Under the pieces are notes generated by a model. It was given only the letters and a program-made list of their open reading frames with translations. It was not told the DNA's origin and ran no database searches. DNA of 44,698 nucleotides from Bacilli bacterium (GTDB lineage: Bacteria > Bacillota_I > Bacilli_A > RF39 > UBA660). Made by a program: the position numbers and the translations under genes. This document shows positions 26,340 through 35,783 of the stretch, one piece after another. The stretch is taken from the NCBI GenBank assembly GCA_017476885.1, contig JAFUYX010000061.1, positions 1 to 44,698 on the forward strand, read 5' to 3'. Each line of letters starts with the position of its first letter. The first letter of the stretch is position 1.

Positions 26340-26905
26340 TGCAAGCTTTTGATTTTGATAATACCATCTATAAAGGAGAAAGTTCTTTTGACTTTGCCCT
26401 TTATGTGGTAAGGCATGAATTAAAACTTTTAAAATATTTACCCGCCATTTTAAAAGTTTTATTCTCCTATAAGTCCGAACACTTAAGTGCAGATGAATAT
26501 GCCAATTTATTAAATAAATACATTGGAATATTTTTAGAAAATAAAGAACGAATCTTAGAACTCGTGGATGGGTTTTGGGCAACGCATGAAAGAAAGTTAT
26601 ACCTCAATATGTTAGAGAAGATTCACTTTAACGATGTGATTATTACAACAGCCCCAGATTTTTTAATGAAAGGAATTAAAAAAAGACTGAGAACGGCTAA
26701 TATTTTATGTACTAAAACCGATTTAAAAAAAGGAACTTTAGTGTATTTAAACTTTCATGAGAACAAAGTAAAAGCATTTAAAAAGAAATATCCCAAAAAA
26801 ACAATAAAAAACTTTTACACGGATTCCTATAATGATGCACCATTCATGGATTTTTCTAAAAATGTCTACCTTGTCAGTCATGGAGATTGTACTAAGATTA
26901 AATAG
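26339..26905 (+). CDS. HAD-superfamily (subfamily IB-like) phosphatase
   Basis: Motif I FDFDNTIY at the N-terminus; C-terminal YTDSYNDAPF (motif IV-like). Confidence 0.6.
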   Translation: MQAFDFDNTIYKGESSFDFALYVVRHELKLLKYLPAILKVLFSYKSEHLSADEYANLLNKYIGIFLENKERILELVDGFWATHERKLYLNMLEKIHFNDVIITTAPDFLMKGIKKRLRTANILCTKTDLKKGTLVYLNFHENKVKAFKKKYPKKTIKNFYTDSYNDAPFMDFSKNVYLVSHGDCTKIK

Positions 26906-26932
26906 AAATCAATCACTGGATTTCTTTTCTTT

Positions 26933-26961
26933 TTGACAAGTAAATACCTCTATTGTAAAAT
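26933..26961 (+). promoter_or_regulatory. sigmaA promoter upstream of priA
   Basis: TTGACA (26933-26938), 17-nt spacer, TAAAAT (26956-26961). Confidence 0.5.
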
Positions 26962-26967
26962 GGAATA

Positions 26968-29145
26968 GTGATGAATATGTATGCAGATATTTTAGTACAG
27001 ATTAAAAGCAAACAAGTCGATTCGACCTTCACTTATGAAGTTCCAGAGGCTTTAAAAGAAGAAATAAAAATCGGAAAAAGAGTTCTAGTTCCCTTTGGAA
27101 GTCAAAAACTAGAAGGATATGTGTTAAATCTCAAAGACACCTGTAGCATCAAAACCAAAAGAATAATAGAAATAATTGATGAAACACCTGTATTAAATGA
27201 AGAACTACTATCCTTAGGAAAACAAATTCAAGAAGAGACTTTATGCAGCCTAAGTGCCATCTATTCTTCCATGCTTCCTAAAGCACTGAAAGCCAAAGCA
27301 GGAGTGAAAATCAATAAGAAAATGGTAAGTTATCTTTTTTTAGCAGAGAATAAAGAGACCATTTTAGAAAGTACGTCTTCTAAAGCGGTACAAAATATTC
27401 TAGAGTTGTTTAATGAAAGTGCTCAGGTATTAAAAAAGGAAGCCAATAAAGTCAGTTCCTCCGCTGTCAAAACCCTTTTAAAAAAAGGATTTTTAAAAGA
27501 AATCGAAAGTGAAGAATATCGTTATCACCCTTCAAATTCAATGACAGAAGAAAAAAAGAAATTAAACGAAGAACAAGAGTGGGCCTATAAAAAAATTTTA
27601 GAGAGCCAAAAAAATCAAATCTTCTTGCTTCATGGAGTAACGGGTTCAGGAAAAACCGAAGTCTATCTTCAAGTAATCGAAGAAGTGCTAAAAAGAGGAA
27701 ACACCGCTTTAGTCTTAGTTCCAGAAATTAGTTTAACACCCCAATTTGTCAGTCGCTTTGAAAGTCGTTTTAAAGGATCTATTGCAGTTCTTCATTCTTC
27801 TTTATCCGATGGTGAAAGATATGATGAATACAGAAAAATACTAAGAGAAGAAGTTTCAATTGTCATTGGAACAAGAAGTGCTATTTTTGCCCCTTTAAAA
27901 AATATCGGAATCATCATTTTAGATGAGGAACATTCTTCTACTTATAAGCAAGAGAACAATCCTAAATATCATGCCATAGAAGTAGCCAAACTAAGAAGTA
28001 AATATCATAAGTGTCCTTTAGTTTTAGGAAGTGCCACACCAACTTTAAATACTCTTGCTAGAGCATTAAAAAAAATCTATGTCTATCTTCCTTTAACCAA
28101 AAGAGCAGCATCTTCTAGTCTGCCAGAAGTACACCTAATAGATATGGAAGCCGAAATGAAGAGTCGTCATCCTATTTTAAGCAGAGAACTCGAATGTAAA
28201 ATGATTGAAGCTTTATCTAAGAACGAACAAATTCTACTTCTTTTAAATCGAAGAGGACACTCTACAACCATAACTTGTTCCAACTGTGGATTTACCTATC
28301 GTTGTCCTAACTGCAATATTACCTTAACGTATCACAAAACTAGTAAAAATGCTCGTTGTCATTACTGCGGATATACAAAGTATGTAGAAGATACTTGTCC
28401 TAACTGCAAAGAGAAATCTTTAAATTACTATGGACTTGGGACAGAAAAACTAGAGGACTATCTAGAAAATGTTTTCCCAACAGCAAGAATTTTACGAATG
28501 GACGCGGATACCACGGTAAAAAAAGGCGAGTACGAGAAAATGATTACAGCATTTTACAATCACGAGTATGACATTTTACTTGGAACTCAGATGATTAGCA
28601 AAGGCCTGGACTTTAAAAATGTTTCCATTGTAGGAATCTTAAATGCAGATGCTTCCTTAAATATTCCAGACTATAAGAGTAATGAGACTACCTACGCGCT
28701 TCTTTCCCAAGCCAGTGGAAGAGCAGGACGTGCAAAAACCAAAGGAGAAGTCTATATTCAAACGTTTTATAAAGAAAATTATGTTTTAAAATGTGTTCAA
28801 AAACATGATTATCTTGCATTTGCAAAATACGAAATGAAAATAAGACAAACCCTGAAATACCCGCCATACTACTATCTTGTTCTAATTAGTATAAAATCCA
28901 AATACTATGAAGAAGCAATAAAAGAAGCCAAAAAAGTCAAAGAGTATTTAAGCAACCATGTTTCAAGTCAAACCATTATTTTAGGTCCAGCTTTATCTGG
29001 GACACCTATGGTCAACAAAATCTATCACTTCGAGATTTTGACAAAATATAAGAAAGATGATAAAATAAAGCCCACTTTAAAAGAACTCGATGAAATCTAT
29101 TTGACCAATCATAAAGTCCAAATTGATTATGATTTTTATCATTAG
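26968..29145 (+). CDS. priA: primosomal replication-restart helicase PriA
   Basis: Walker A GVTGSGKTE, DEEH box, two Cys4 zinc motifs (CSNCG..CPNC, CHYCG..CPNC), QASGRAGR. Confidence 0.94.
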   Translation: MMNMYADILVQIKSKQVDSTFTYEVPEALKEEIKIGKRVLVPFGSQKLEGYVLNLKDTCSIKTKRIIEIIDETPVLNEELLSLGKQIQEETLCSLSAIYSSMLPKALKAKAGVKINKKMVSYLFLAENKETILESTSSKAVQNILELFNESAQVLKKEANKVSSSAVKTLLKKGFLKEIESEEYRYHPSNSMTEEKKKLNEEQEWAYKKILESQKNQIFLLHGVTGSGKTEVYLQVIEEVLKRGNTALVLVPEISLTPQFVSRFESRFKGSIAVLHSSLSDGERYDEYRKILREEVSIVIGTRSAIFAPLKNIGIIILDEEHSSTYKQENNPKYHAIEVAKLRSKYHKCPLVLGSATPTLNTLARALKKIYVYLPLTKRAASSSLPEVHLIDMEAEMKSRHPILSRELECKMIEALSKNEQILLLLNRRGHSTTITCSNCGFTYRCPNCNITLTYHKTSKNARCHYCGYTKYVEDTCPNCKEKSLNYYGLGTEKLEDYLENVFPTARILRMDADTTVKKGEYEKMITAFYNHEYDILLGTQMISKGLDFKNVSIVGILNADASLNIPDYKSNETTYALLSQASGRAGRAKTKGEVYIQTFYKENYVLKCVQKHDYLAFAKYEMKIRQTLKYPPYYYLVLISIKSKYYEEAIKEAKKVKEYLSNHVSSQTIILGPALSGTPMVNKIYHFEILTKYKKDDKIKPTLKELDEIYLTNHKVQIDYDFYH

Positions 29146-29158
29146 GAGGAGATCAAAA

Positions 29159-29872
29159 ATGAATAAAAAGAATTTTTTAAGAGCCGTCTTAGTTGCCACT
29201 TCACTAGGAATTTCAACACCGATGCTTGTGAATGCTGCAACAGAAAAAAACCAATATGGAGAAGAGTATTACCCAGATTGGTTTAATAAACTCATTGAAT
29301 TTTGTACAAAAGAAAAAGAAGAAGTTGATGAGAATATGGTGGATCCAGTTATTTCTGAAACAGACAAGATAAGAACCTATAAAATCGATAAATTGATGTT
29401 AGTCACAGATAATCAGAATCATGCCTATTTTGTTTCTAAAAAACCAATGGGAGTATTATTCTTGAATCACTATGATTATTATTATGATATTTACGGAAAA
29501 GAAACAAAGGATGTCACCAAGGCATTTTATAAAGAAAAGCGTGAGAGTTATATGGCAATTACAGATCCAAATACATTCTTTGTTCCAAGAACTTTCATAA
29601 ATTTACAAACTGGAGAAGTGACAACCAACTATCAAGAATGGGATGGATTTTTCCTAGTATATGACGAAGAAAAAAATATCCAATATATTGTATATCCTAA
29701 TATTACTAATATTATTCCAGAAAAGTATTCCATTGCTGCAGCATTCAATGAAAACAAACTATCTATAACAGAATTAAAAGCCATTGAAAAAGAACTAAAA
29801 GAGTATTCTTACCAGCCAATCCACTTCAATCCAGAAGAACATCTAAACCCTGTCTTAAGAAAGCAAAGATAA
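29159..29872 (+). CDS. secreted hypothetical protein (237 aa)
   Basis: Sec signal MNKKNFLRAVLVATSLGISTPMLVNA-ATE. Strong RBS AGGAGG. Confidence 0.6.
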   Translation: MNKKNFLRAVLVATSLGISTPMLVNAATEKNQYGEEYYPDWFNKLIEFCTKEKEEVDENMVDPVISETDKIRTYKIDKLMLVTDNQNHAYFVSKKPMGVLFLNHYDYYYDIYGKETKDVTKAFYKEKRESYMAITDPNTFFVPRTFINLQTGEVTTNYQEWDGFFLVYDEEKNIQYIVYPNITNIIPEKYSIAAAFNENKLSITELKAIEKELKEYSYQPIHFNPEEHLNPVLRKQR

Positions 29873-29912
29873 CATTTATAATTTTTTTCAAATCGTAATA
29901 TACAAACAAAAA

Positions 29913-29941
29913 AAGAATACTTGAGAAGTCTTCTTTTTTTT
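29913..29941 (+). terminator. rho-independent terminator
   Basis: aagaatactt-gag-aagtcttctt (one mismatch) followed by TTTTTT. Confidence 0.5.
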
Positions 29942-29976
29942 GATATGATAGAAACAGAAGTAGAAAGAGTGATTGT

Positions 29977-30561
29977 ATGGAAATTGAAAATACGACTTTT
30001 ATCGAACAAATAAAGAAAAAATATAGAGAATCGTTCATTGTATCCTTACTACTTGCCATCTTTGCTATTGTTTTATTAATGAACCAAGAGAATTTTATGA
30101 ATATCTTTATTCAAATACTAGGGTATGGTGCTATATTCGTTGGGATTTTAAGCATCTTCTATTACTTTCGTTTAGATAAAACACAAGCTATGTTAAGTCA
30201 AAATTTACAAAATGGTGTCATATTAAGTGTGTTTGGATGTATTACCTTCATGAAAACATCTATGATTCAAGAGATGTTAACCCTTTTACTTGGAGGATAT
30301 TTATTAGTGAGAAATGCCAGTCGTGTCCAAATGGCTTTATACTTAAGAAATGATACAAAAAAGATCTATATTTGGCTACTTGTATTATCACTGATAAATG
30401 TTTTCTTGAGTTTTCTCTTACTAGTGAATCCTTTTGACGGAAAAATACAAATTCATATATATATGGCAATGATCCTTCTCATAACAGAAAGTATTGTCGT
30501 AATACAAAATTTCATTGCAATGTTTTTCTTAAAAACAAAAGGAGGAACGGCAAATGAATAA
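29977..30561 (+). CDS. polytopic membrane protein (DUF308/HdeD-like topology)
   Basis: Six hydrophobic segments in 194 aa. No catalytic motif. Confidence 0.55.
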   Translation: MEIENTTFIEQIKKKYRESFIVSLLLAIFAIVLLMNQENFMNIFIQILGYGAIFVGILSIFYYFRLDKTQAMLSQNLQNGVILSVFGCITFMKTSMIQEMLTLLLGGYLLVRNASRVQMALYLRNDTKKIYIWLLVLSLINVFLSFLLLVNPFDGKIQIHIYMAMILLITESIVVIQNFIAMFFLKTKGGTANE

Positions 30562-31438
30562 AAAGGGATTCTTTGCCATTTCCTTAATCTATTCCTTTTT
30601 TATTGTATTTCTTGCACTAATGGCAGCCATGCTAGCGCAAAGCGTTCGTTCAAGAACTTTAGTAGGACGAGTCAAAGAAGACATTCGAACAGAATTAGAG
30701 GATGCAAGAGGGCTATTTGTAAACGGATTAAGTAATGGCTATATGATAGGCGATACTGTGATGCTAGCAGGAGAAGAGTGGATGGTCTTTAACAATGATG
30801 GAGATAGGTATGTGCTACTCTTAAATCGTGCTCTTACAAAAACCGAACTGGTTCAAAGTTTAGGTCTTTCTTTAGTGCCAGATAATAATGTGGGATATAA
30901 TCCAGCAGAGTTTTATGGAACATGCACAGAAGAGAGTCGATGTCAATTGCGGGCTTGCAGAAATACAGAATACAATATTGAATTTTGTTTTCTTTATACA
31001 ACAGGGGCAACAACAGTGGAAAGATTCCATCGAAATCCTACTTGGAAAAGAAATCTTTCCTCATCAGAGTTAAATCAAAATTTTGGAACAACCATTGTCA
31101 GCAAAGCGGTGAACATGTGGTTCGACAATCATCAAGGATTGCAACGGTTAAAAAATGCTCAAAAATTAGTTGGAAAAGAAACTGCACCTTATTTAAATGA
31201 TGGAACAAGTCTAGGGACAGCAAATAAAATAAGCGGATATGTTAGAATTCCATATTCCACAGAATTTGATAATTTACCAATCTTAGTTCAAAACAAATTA
31301 AAAGAGATTTCGCCAATCCATTTAATGGACTTAGCAGGAGAAGTTCGAATTAAAACTTATAATGAAGGTTCTATTACCACTCTATATTCTAATTCGGCAG
31401 CTTATGTAAGGCCTGTCATTGAAGTATTAAAGGACTAA
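30554..31438 (+). CDS. membrane-anchored extracytoplasmic protein, paralogue of 13986-15110 (DUF6273-type resemblance), prepilin-like N-terminus
   Basis: MNKKGFFAISLIYSFFIVFLAL. Core GDTV..EEWMVFNNDGDRYVLLLN and C-terminal AAYVRPVIEV. RBS AAAGGAGG; 8-nt overlap with the upstream gene. Confidence 0.6.
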   Translation: MNKKGFFAISLIYSFFIVFLALMAAMLAQSVRSRTLVGRVKEDIRTELEDARGLFVNGLSNGYMIGDTVMLAGEEWMVFNNDGDRYVLLLNRALTKTELVQSLGLSLVPDNNVGYNPAEFYGTCTEESRCQLRACRNTEYNIEFCFLYTTGATTVERFHRNPTWKRNLSSSELNQNFGTTIVSKAVNMWFDNHQGLQRLKNAQKLVGKETAPYLNDGTSLGTANKISGYVRIPYSTEFDNLPILVQNKLKEISPIHLMDLAGEVRIKTYNEGSITTLYSNSAAYVRPVIEVLKD

Positions 31439-31495
31439 AATGCTTGATTCTATGATCTGTTTATGTTACCCTAAAAAACGCAGAGGAGTGAAAAT

Positions 31496-33181
31496 ATGAA
31501 GAAAATAATTTTATGTTTTTACATCTTCTTTTTTGGAATGTTTACTGTTGATGCATCTTCTAAAAATGAAGTTTTATATAATTATATAGATGCAACAGTA
31601 CAGTCAAACGGAGATATTTCCGTAAAAGAATTAGTAGTGGTATCAGGTACGATAGAAGATTATCACAAATCCCTTTTATATCGGAATAGTCGTCTTGAAA
31701 AACATGATGAAATTGATTATTTAAGAGATGCGATTTATAATGTCACTTCCATAGAAGATATTTCCATATCCATAAAGAATTTTTCAAGTACAAAAATCTA
31801 TTATAAGAATCTCTTTGATAAGGATTTTGAGCCTTTAGAAAAATTTTATTTTAAAGAAGATATAGAAGAAATGGGATACATTGAATCTAGTATTCAAGAT
31901 GGGAAATACTATAAGTTTTATTCCAATCAAAAAAATACAATAACAGGGTTATTATTTGAGTATACCCTAAAGAATGTAGTGGTTCTTCATAATGATATTG
32001 CAGAGATTTATAGTGCTTTTTTTCCAACTCTAGAGAGTGACCTATCATACTTAGAAATTAGAGTTCATGTAGGGGAACAAGTAGACTATCTAAAAATGTG
32101 GGCGCATGGAGATTTATCTAGTCAAGTAACCAAGATTGACGATACAGCCATTGCTACCTATAGTAAACTATCCAAAAATACACAACTTTCATTTCGTGTT
32201 GTTTTCTCAAAAGATAATCTATCGATAACAAATCCTTTAAAACAAAGCAAAGTTTCATCGTTAAAAAATATTGTTGAATTGGAAGAAAAGAATACCCACC
32301 AAATGAAAATTCAAAAAAAACAAACCAAAATAGCCCACAAAGTGATTTTTACTTCCGATGTTTTACTAATCATCGTATTATTCTTCTACTGGATTTTTGT
32401 CTTTATCAAATATGATAAAGAAAAAGAACTCCTAATGCCAAACCAACTCCCAGCTCATATAGAGAGTTCTTATGGTATTGAAGTATTAGATTTATTTTGG
32501 AACAAAAAAGAACGAGTGGAATCTTTCCTAATTTCCACACTTCACTTAGTCCTAAAAGAAAATATCGAATATGATAGAAACAAACATCTATTTACATTAA
32601 AAAGTAAAAAGAATCTAACGGAAAGTCAAGAGTACTTGATTGAGATGCTTTTTAATCAAAAGAAAACAATGAAAGAAAGTGATTTTTTCGTCTTTTTAAA
32701 AATGATTCATACCCCAAAATATGAAGATAAAAAATATCAGAATTGGAAATATTATGTTCATGTGGAATATAATAAGCAAAAATTTTATGAACAAAACGGT
32801 CTTCCTACCATTTCAGCAGTCTTCGTCTTATTATTGTCCGTATTTGTCCTTATGGCTTCTATCTATTTCAAAGTAGATTTTATCCTATCTTTATTTTTAG
32901 TATGTTCTTGTCTCTTATTTTTGATATATACGTTCTTAATTTCTAAGAAAACAAAGAAGGGAAGAGAAGAATATGCGAAATGGTCATTTGTAGAAGAAAC
33001 CATGCAAAGAAACCCAGAATTAATTCAAAAAAATCCAGAGTTAGAAGAATATGCCATCTATAGTTTAGTGTTTAACCAACAAAACAACATCATTCCTCTT
33101 CTAAACAAAGATTCTCTAGCTTTTCAATGTTTAGAGATTTATAAGCATTATGAAAAAGAAGGTACTTCAAGAAACGAATAA
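31496..33181 (+). CDS. DUF2207-type membrane protein
   Basis: Signal peptide, about 270-aa extracytoplasmic domain starting YNYIDATVQSNGDISVKE, central TM, cytoplasmic linker, two further TM segments. This is the typical DUF2207 layout. Confidence 0.65.
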   Translation: MKKIILCFYIFFFGMFTVDASSKNEVLYNYIDATVQSNGDISVKELVVVSGTIEDYHKSLLYRNSRLEKHDEIDYLRDAIYNVTSIEDISISIKNFSSTKIYYKNLFDKDFEPLEKFYFKEDIEEMGYIESSIQDGKYYKFYSNQKNTITGLLFEYTLKNVVVLHNDIAEIYSAFFPTLESDLSYLEIRVHVGEQVDYLKMWAHGDLSSQVTKIDDTAIATYSKLSKNTQLSFRVVFSKDNLSITNPLKQSKVSSLKNIVELEEKNTHQMKIQKKQTKIAHKVIFTSDVLLIIVLFFYWIFVFIKYDKEKELLMPNQLPAHIESSYGIEVLDLFWNKKERVESFLISTLHLVLKENIEYDRNKHLFTLKSKKNLTESQEYLIEMLFNQKKTMKESDFFVFLKMIHTPKYEDKKYQNWKYYVHVEYNKQKFYEQNGLPTISAVFVLLLSVFVLMASIYFKVDFILSLFLVCSCLLFLIYTFLISKKTKKGREEYAKWSFVEETMQRNPELIQKNPELEEYAIYSLVFNQQNNIIPLLNKDSLAFQCLEIYKHYEKEGTSRNE

Positions 33182-33204
33182 AAAATCAATCGTTTCTTTT
33201 TTTG
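33169..33204 (+). terminator. terminator overlapping the DUF2207 stop
   Basis: aagaaacga-(12 nt)-tcgtttctt followed by TTTTT. Confidence 0.5.
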
Positions 33205-33213
33205 TGATATAAT
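33205..33213 (+). promoter_or_regulatory. extended -10 promoter element TGaTATAAT for recD2
   Basis: TG at 33205-33206, TATAAT at 33208-33213. Confidence 0.4.
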
Positions 33214-33233
33214 ACCCTAGAGGTGAAGATGAC

Positions 33234-35441
33234 ATGCAATGGATGAAAGGAAACATCAAAAACACCATATTTACAAGTGAAACAGGATATTTTGTGGGAT
33301 TGTTCAGAGTAAAAGAGTGTTCTGACGATTTAAAAGATATCATAAATAAAACGATTACCATCGCAGGATTACTCCTAAATCCCAATAATGAAGATACCTA
33401 CATCTTGCATGGAAACTATCAAAAACATGAAAGATTTGGCTATCAGTTTCAATTTGAGTCTTTTGAAAAAACTATACCAGAAGGGAAAGATGCCGTGGAA
33501 GAGTTTCTAGCTAGTTCCTTAATTAAAGGATGTGGAATAAAAACAGCCAAAGCGATTGTAGATACTCTTGGAGAAAAAGCCTTAGACTTAATTAAAGAGA
33601 ATCGTGCAAACTTATTTCTAGTTCCATCAATGACAGAGAAAAAAGCAACAAGCATCTATCAAAGTGTGCTCTCTTATAGCAGTGTCGATGATATGCTAGT
33701 CACTTTAAGAAATCTAGGCTTTACCATTCCTGAAGCCACGAGAATTGTGAAAACTTATCAAGACAAAACATTAGTCTTTTTGAGTGAGAACATTTATTAT
33801 TTTAAAGATTATGTATCCTTTGATAAATTGGATAAAATCTTCTTAAAAAATCATGATGGATATGAAGAGATTCGAATCAGGGAATGTACTTTAGAAGTCA
33901 TGAGAAGAGAAGCAAGTTCCTCAGGGGACACATATTCTTACCTAGAAGAGATTGCATCTTCTTTACAAAATCATTTTAAGATTTATTTAGAAGAAGAGGA
34001 TGTATTTAAAAATTTACAAGAATTAGAAAAACAAGAGAGAGTCATCATAGAAGGAGACAAAATCTACTTATTTGAATACTATGAAATGGAGAGTACCATT
34101 GCTCATATATTAAAACGAAAAATGAGTTACCCAGATAAAACTCTTCGTGGAATTACTTCAAAATTAAGTGAATTAGAAAACAGATTAGAAGTAACTTATA
34201 ACAAAGAACAAAAAACGGCCATTGAAAAAGCCTTAAAATATCCCGTATCGATTATTTCAGGAGGACCAGGAACTGGAAAAACCACGATAGTGAATGCTAT
34301 CGTCAAACTCTATATTGAATACTATAAATTATCTCCCATCGATATTGCAACTCAAATAGCGCTTCTAGCTCCCACTGGAAGAGCCGCCAAAAAACTATCG
34401 ACATCTACTGGACTACCTGCTCAAACTATTCACCGGTATTTAAAATGGAATAAAGAAACCAATGATTTTGGAATCAATGAGTTCAATAAAAATTATCAAA
34501 AACTCTTAATTATAGATGAAACCAGTATGATTGATACCCATCTTTTTTATTCCCTTTTAAAAGGAACTCAAGAAAGTGCTCAGTTTGTTCTGGTGGGAGA
34601 CACGTTTCAACTTCCAAGTGTAGGGGCTGGACTAATCTTAAATGACTTAGTAAAGTCCGGTTTGTTTGCCTATACTTCACTAGAAACCATCTATCGCCAA
34701 AGTGAGAATTCTTATATTCCAATTCTAGCAAAAGAAATCAAAGAAAAACAAATCTCTTCAAGATTTGATGAAAAAACAGATGATTATAACTTCATTGCCT
34801 GCGATAGTAGAAATCTAAAATCATTACTGGAAAAAATCATTCAGAAAAGTATAGAAAAGAACTTAAAAGCCGATGATATTCAAATACTAGCCCCAATGTA
34901 TAAAGGAGAAAATGGAATCGATGCTTTAAACGTAATGCTGCAAAATCTATTTAATCCACCCAGTAAAAAGAAAAAAGAGTATGCTTATTACGATGTGATT
35001 TATAGAGAAGGGGACAAAGTACTACAACTAGTGAATAATCCAGATTGCAACGTCTATAATGGAGATATTGGACATATCCTCTCGATTGATGAAAAAACAC
35101 TGCCTAAAAAGCATTTAGAGATTCGAATTGATTTTGATGGAAACCAAGTCATTTATCAAAGAGAAGACTTACCTAGTATTAAGCATGCCTATGCTATGAC
35201 GGTTCATAAAAGTCAAGGAAGTGAGTTTTCTCATGTCATTCTTCCAATCACCAAACATTACTACAAAATGCTGTATAATAAACTCATCTATACAGGGGTA
35301 TCTAGAGCCAAAAAAAGTCTAGTCATTATAGGAGAAGCACAGGCTCTTCAAATGGGAGTATTAAATGATTATTCTAGTACTCGAAAAACATCATTAAAAG
35401 AAAAATTAGAGAATATTTTTGACAACGAGAGAACATACTAA
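33234..35441 (+). CDS. recD2: RecD2-type SF1B ATP-dependent DNA helicase (YrrC-like)
   Basis: HhH region, Walker A ISGGPGTGKTT, LLIIDETSM, VGDTFQLPSVG, AMTVHKSQGSEF. Confidence 0.93.
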   Translation: MQWMKGNIKNTIFTSETGYFVGLFRVKECSDDLKDIINKTITIAGLLLNPNNEDTYILHGNYQKHERFGYQFQFESFEKTIPEGKDAVEEFLASSLIKGCGIKTAKAIVDTLGEKALDLIKENRANLFLVPSMTEKKATSIYQSVLSYSSVDDMLVTLRNLGFTIPEATRIVKTYQDKTLVFLSENIYYFKDYVSFDKLDKIFLKNHDGYEEIRIRECTLEVMRREASSSGDTYSYLEEIASSLQNHFKIYLEEEDVFKNLQELEKQERVIIEGDKIYLFEYYEMESTIAHILKRKMSYPDKTLRGITSKLSELENRLEVTYNKEQKTAIEKALKYPVSIISGGPGTGKTTIVNAIVKLYIEYYKLSPIDIATQIALLAPTGRAAKKLSTSTGLPAQTIHRYLKWNKETNDFGINEFNKNYQKLLIIDETSMIDTHLFYSLLKGTQESAQFVLVGDTFQLPSVGAGLILNDLVKSGLFAYTSLETIYRQSENSYIPILAKEIKEKQISSRFDEKTDDYNFIACDSRNLKSLLEKIIQKSIEKNLKADDIQILAPMYKGENGIDALNVMLQNLFNPPSKKKKEYAYYDVIYREGDKVLQLVNNPDCNVYNGDIGHILSIDEKTLPKKHLEIRIDFDGNQVIYQREDLPSIKHAYAMTVHKSQGSEFSHVILPITKHYYKMLYNKLIYTGVSRAKKSLVIIGEAQALQMGVLNDYSSTRKTSLKEKLENIFDNERTY

Positions 35442-35459
35442 CCATGAGGTGAGAAACAA

Positions 35460-35630
35460 ATGAAAAAAATGCTTTTAGGTTTAGGAATGGGAATGGCAGG
35501 AGGAATGGTAATTGCTACTTATGTTTTTTCAAATCCTAAAACCAGAAAGAATGCCGACATGATGTTAAACAAAGCAATGAATAATGCATGCGATGCCATG
35601 GACGACATGAAAGAAACTATGAAAAAATAG
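35460..35630 (+). CDS. small glycine-zipper membrane protein (56 aa, YtxH-like)
   Basis: MKKMLLGLGMGMAGGMVIATYVFSNPKTRKNADMM... RBS GAGGTGAG upstream. Below the ORF-track cutoff. Confidence 0.45.
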   Translation: MKKMLLGLGMGMAGGMVIATYVFSNPKTRKNADMMLNKAMNNACDAMDDMKETMKK

Positions 35631-35658
35631 TTTCTTTTTATTTAAATCAAGAAAGACT

Positions 35659-35698
35659 CATTGAGAAAAAGAGGTAAAAGTGGCAAAAATTCTCAATG
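35659..35698. repeat. palindromic 40-bp repeat, copy 1
   Basis: CATTGAGAA-aaagaggtaaaagtggcaaaaa-TTCTCAATG. Confidence 0.9.
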
Positions 35699-35703
35699 TA
35701 CTA

Positions 35704-35732
35704 TTGAAAAGAAAAATAAAAAGTTATATAAT
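35704..35732 (+). promoter_or_regulatory. near-consensus sigmaA promoter between repeat copies 1 and 2
   Basis: TTGAAA (35704-35709), 17-nt spacer, TATAAT (35727-35732). Confidence 0.5.
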
Positions 35733-35734
35733 TA

Positions 35735-35774
35735 CATTGAGAAAAAGTGGTAAAAGTGGCAAAAATTCTCAATG
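35735..35774. repeat. palindromic 40-bp repeat, copy 2 (abuts the RBS of the ATPase gene)
   Basis: Identical to copy 1 except for one substitution. Ends at the first G of GGAGG. Confidence 0.9.
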
Positions 35775-35783
35775 GAGGAAAAA

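Noticed and set aside
26229-26582. 117-aa minus-strand ORF spanning the junction of the 155-aa and HAD genes (also 26057-26284)
   Set aside because: It crosses two translationally coupled plus-strand genes, and has no RBS and no recognisable motif.
30554-30640. Calling the 30554 ORF a type IV pilin or competence pseudopilin
   Set aside because: The KKG-F start is prepilin-like, but position +5 is Ser rather than Glu. No prepilin peptidase, ATPase or platform gene is nearby. The hydrophobic stretch can simply be a signal anchor.
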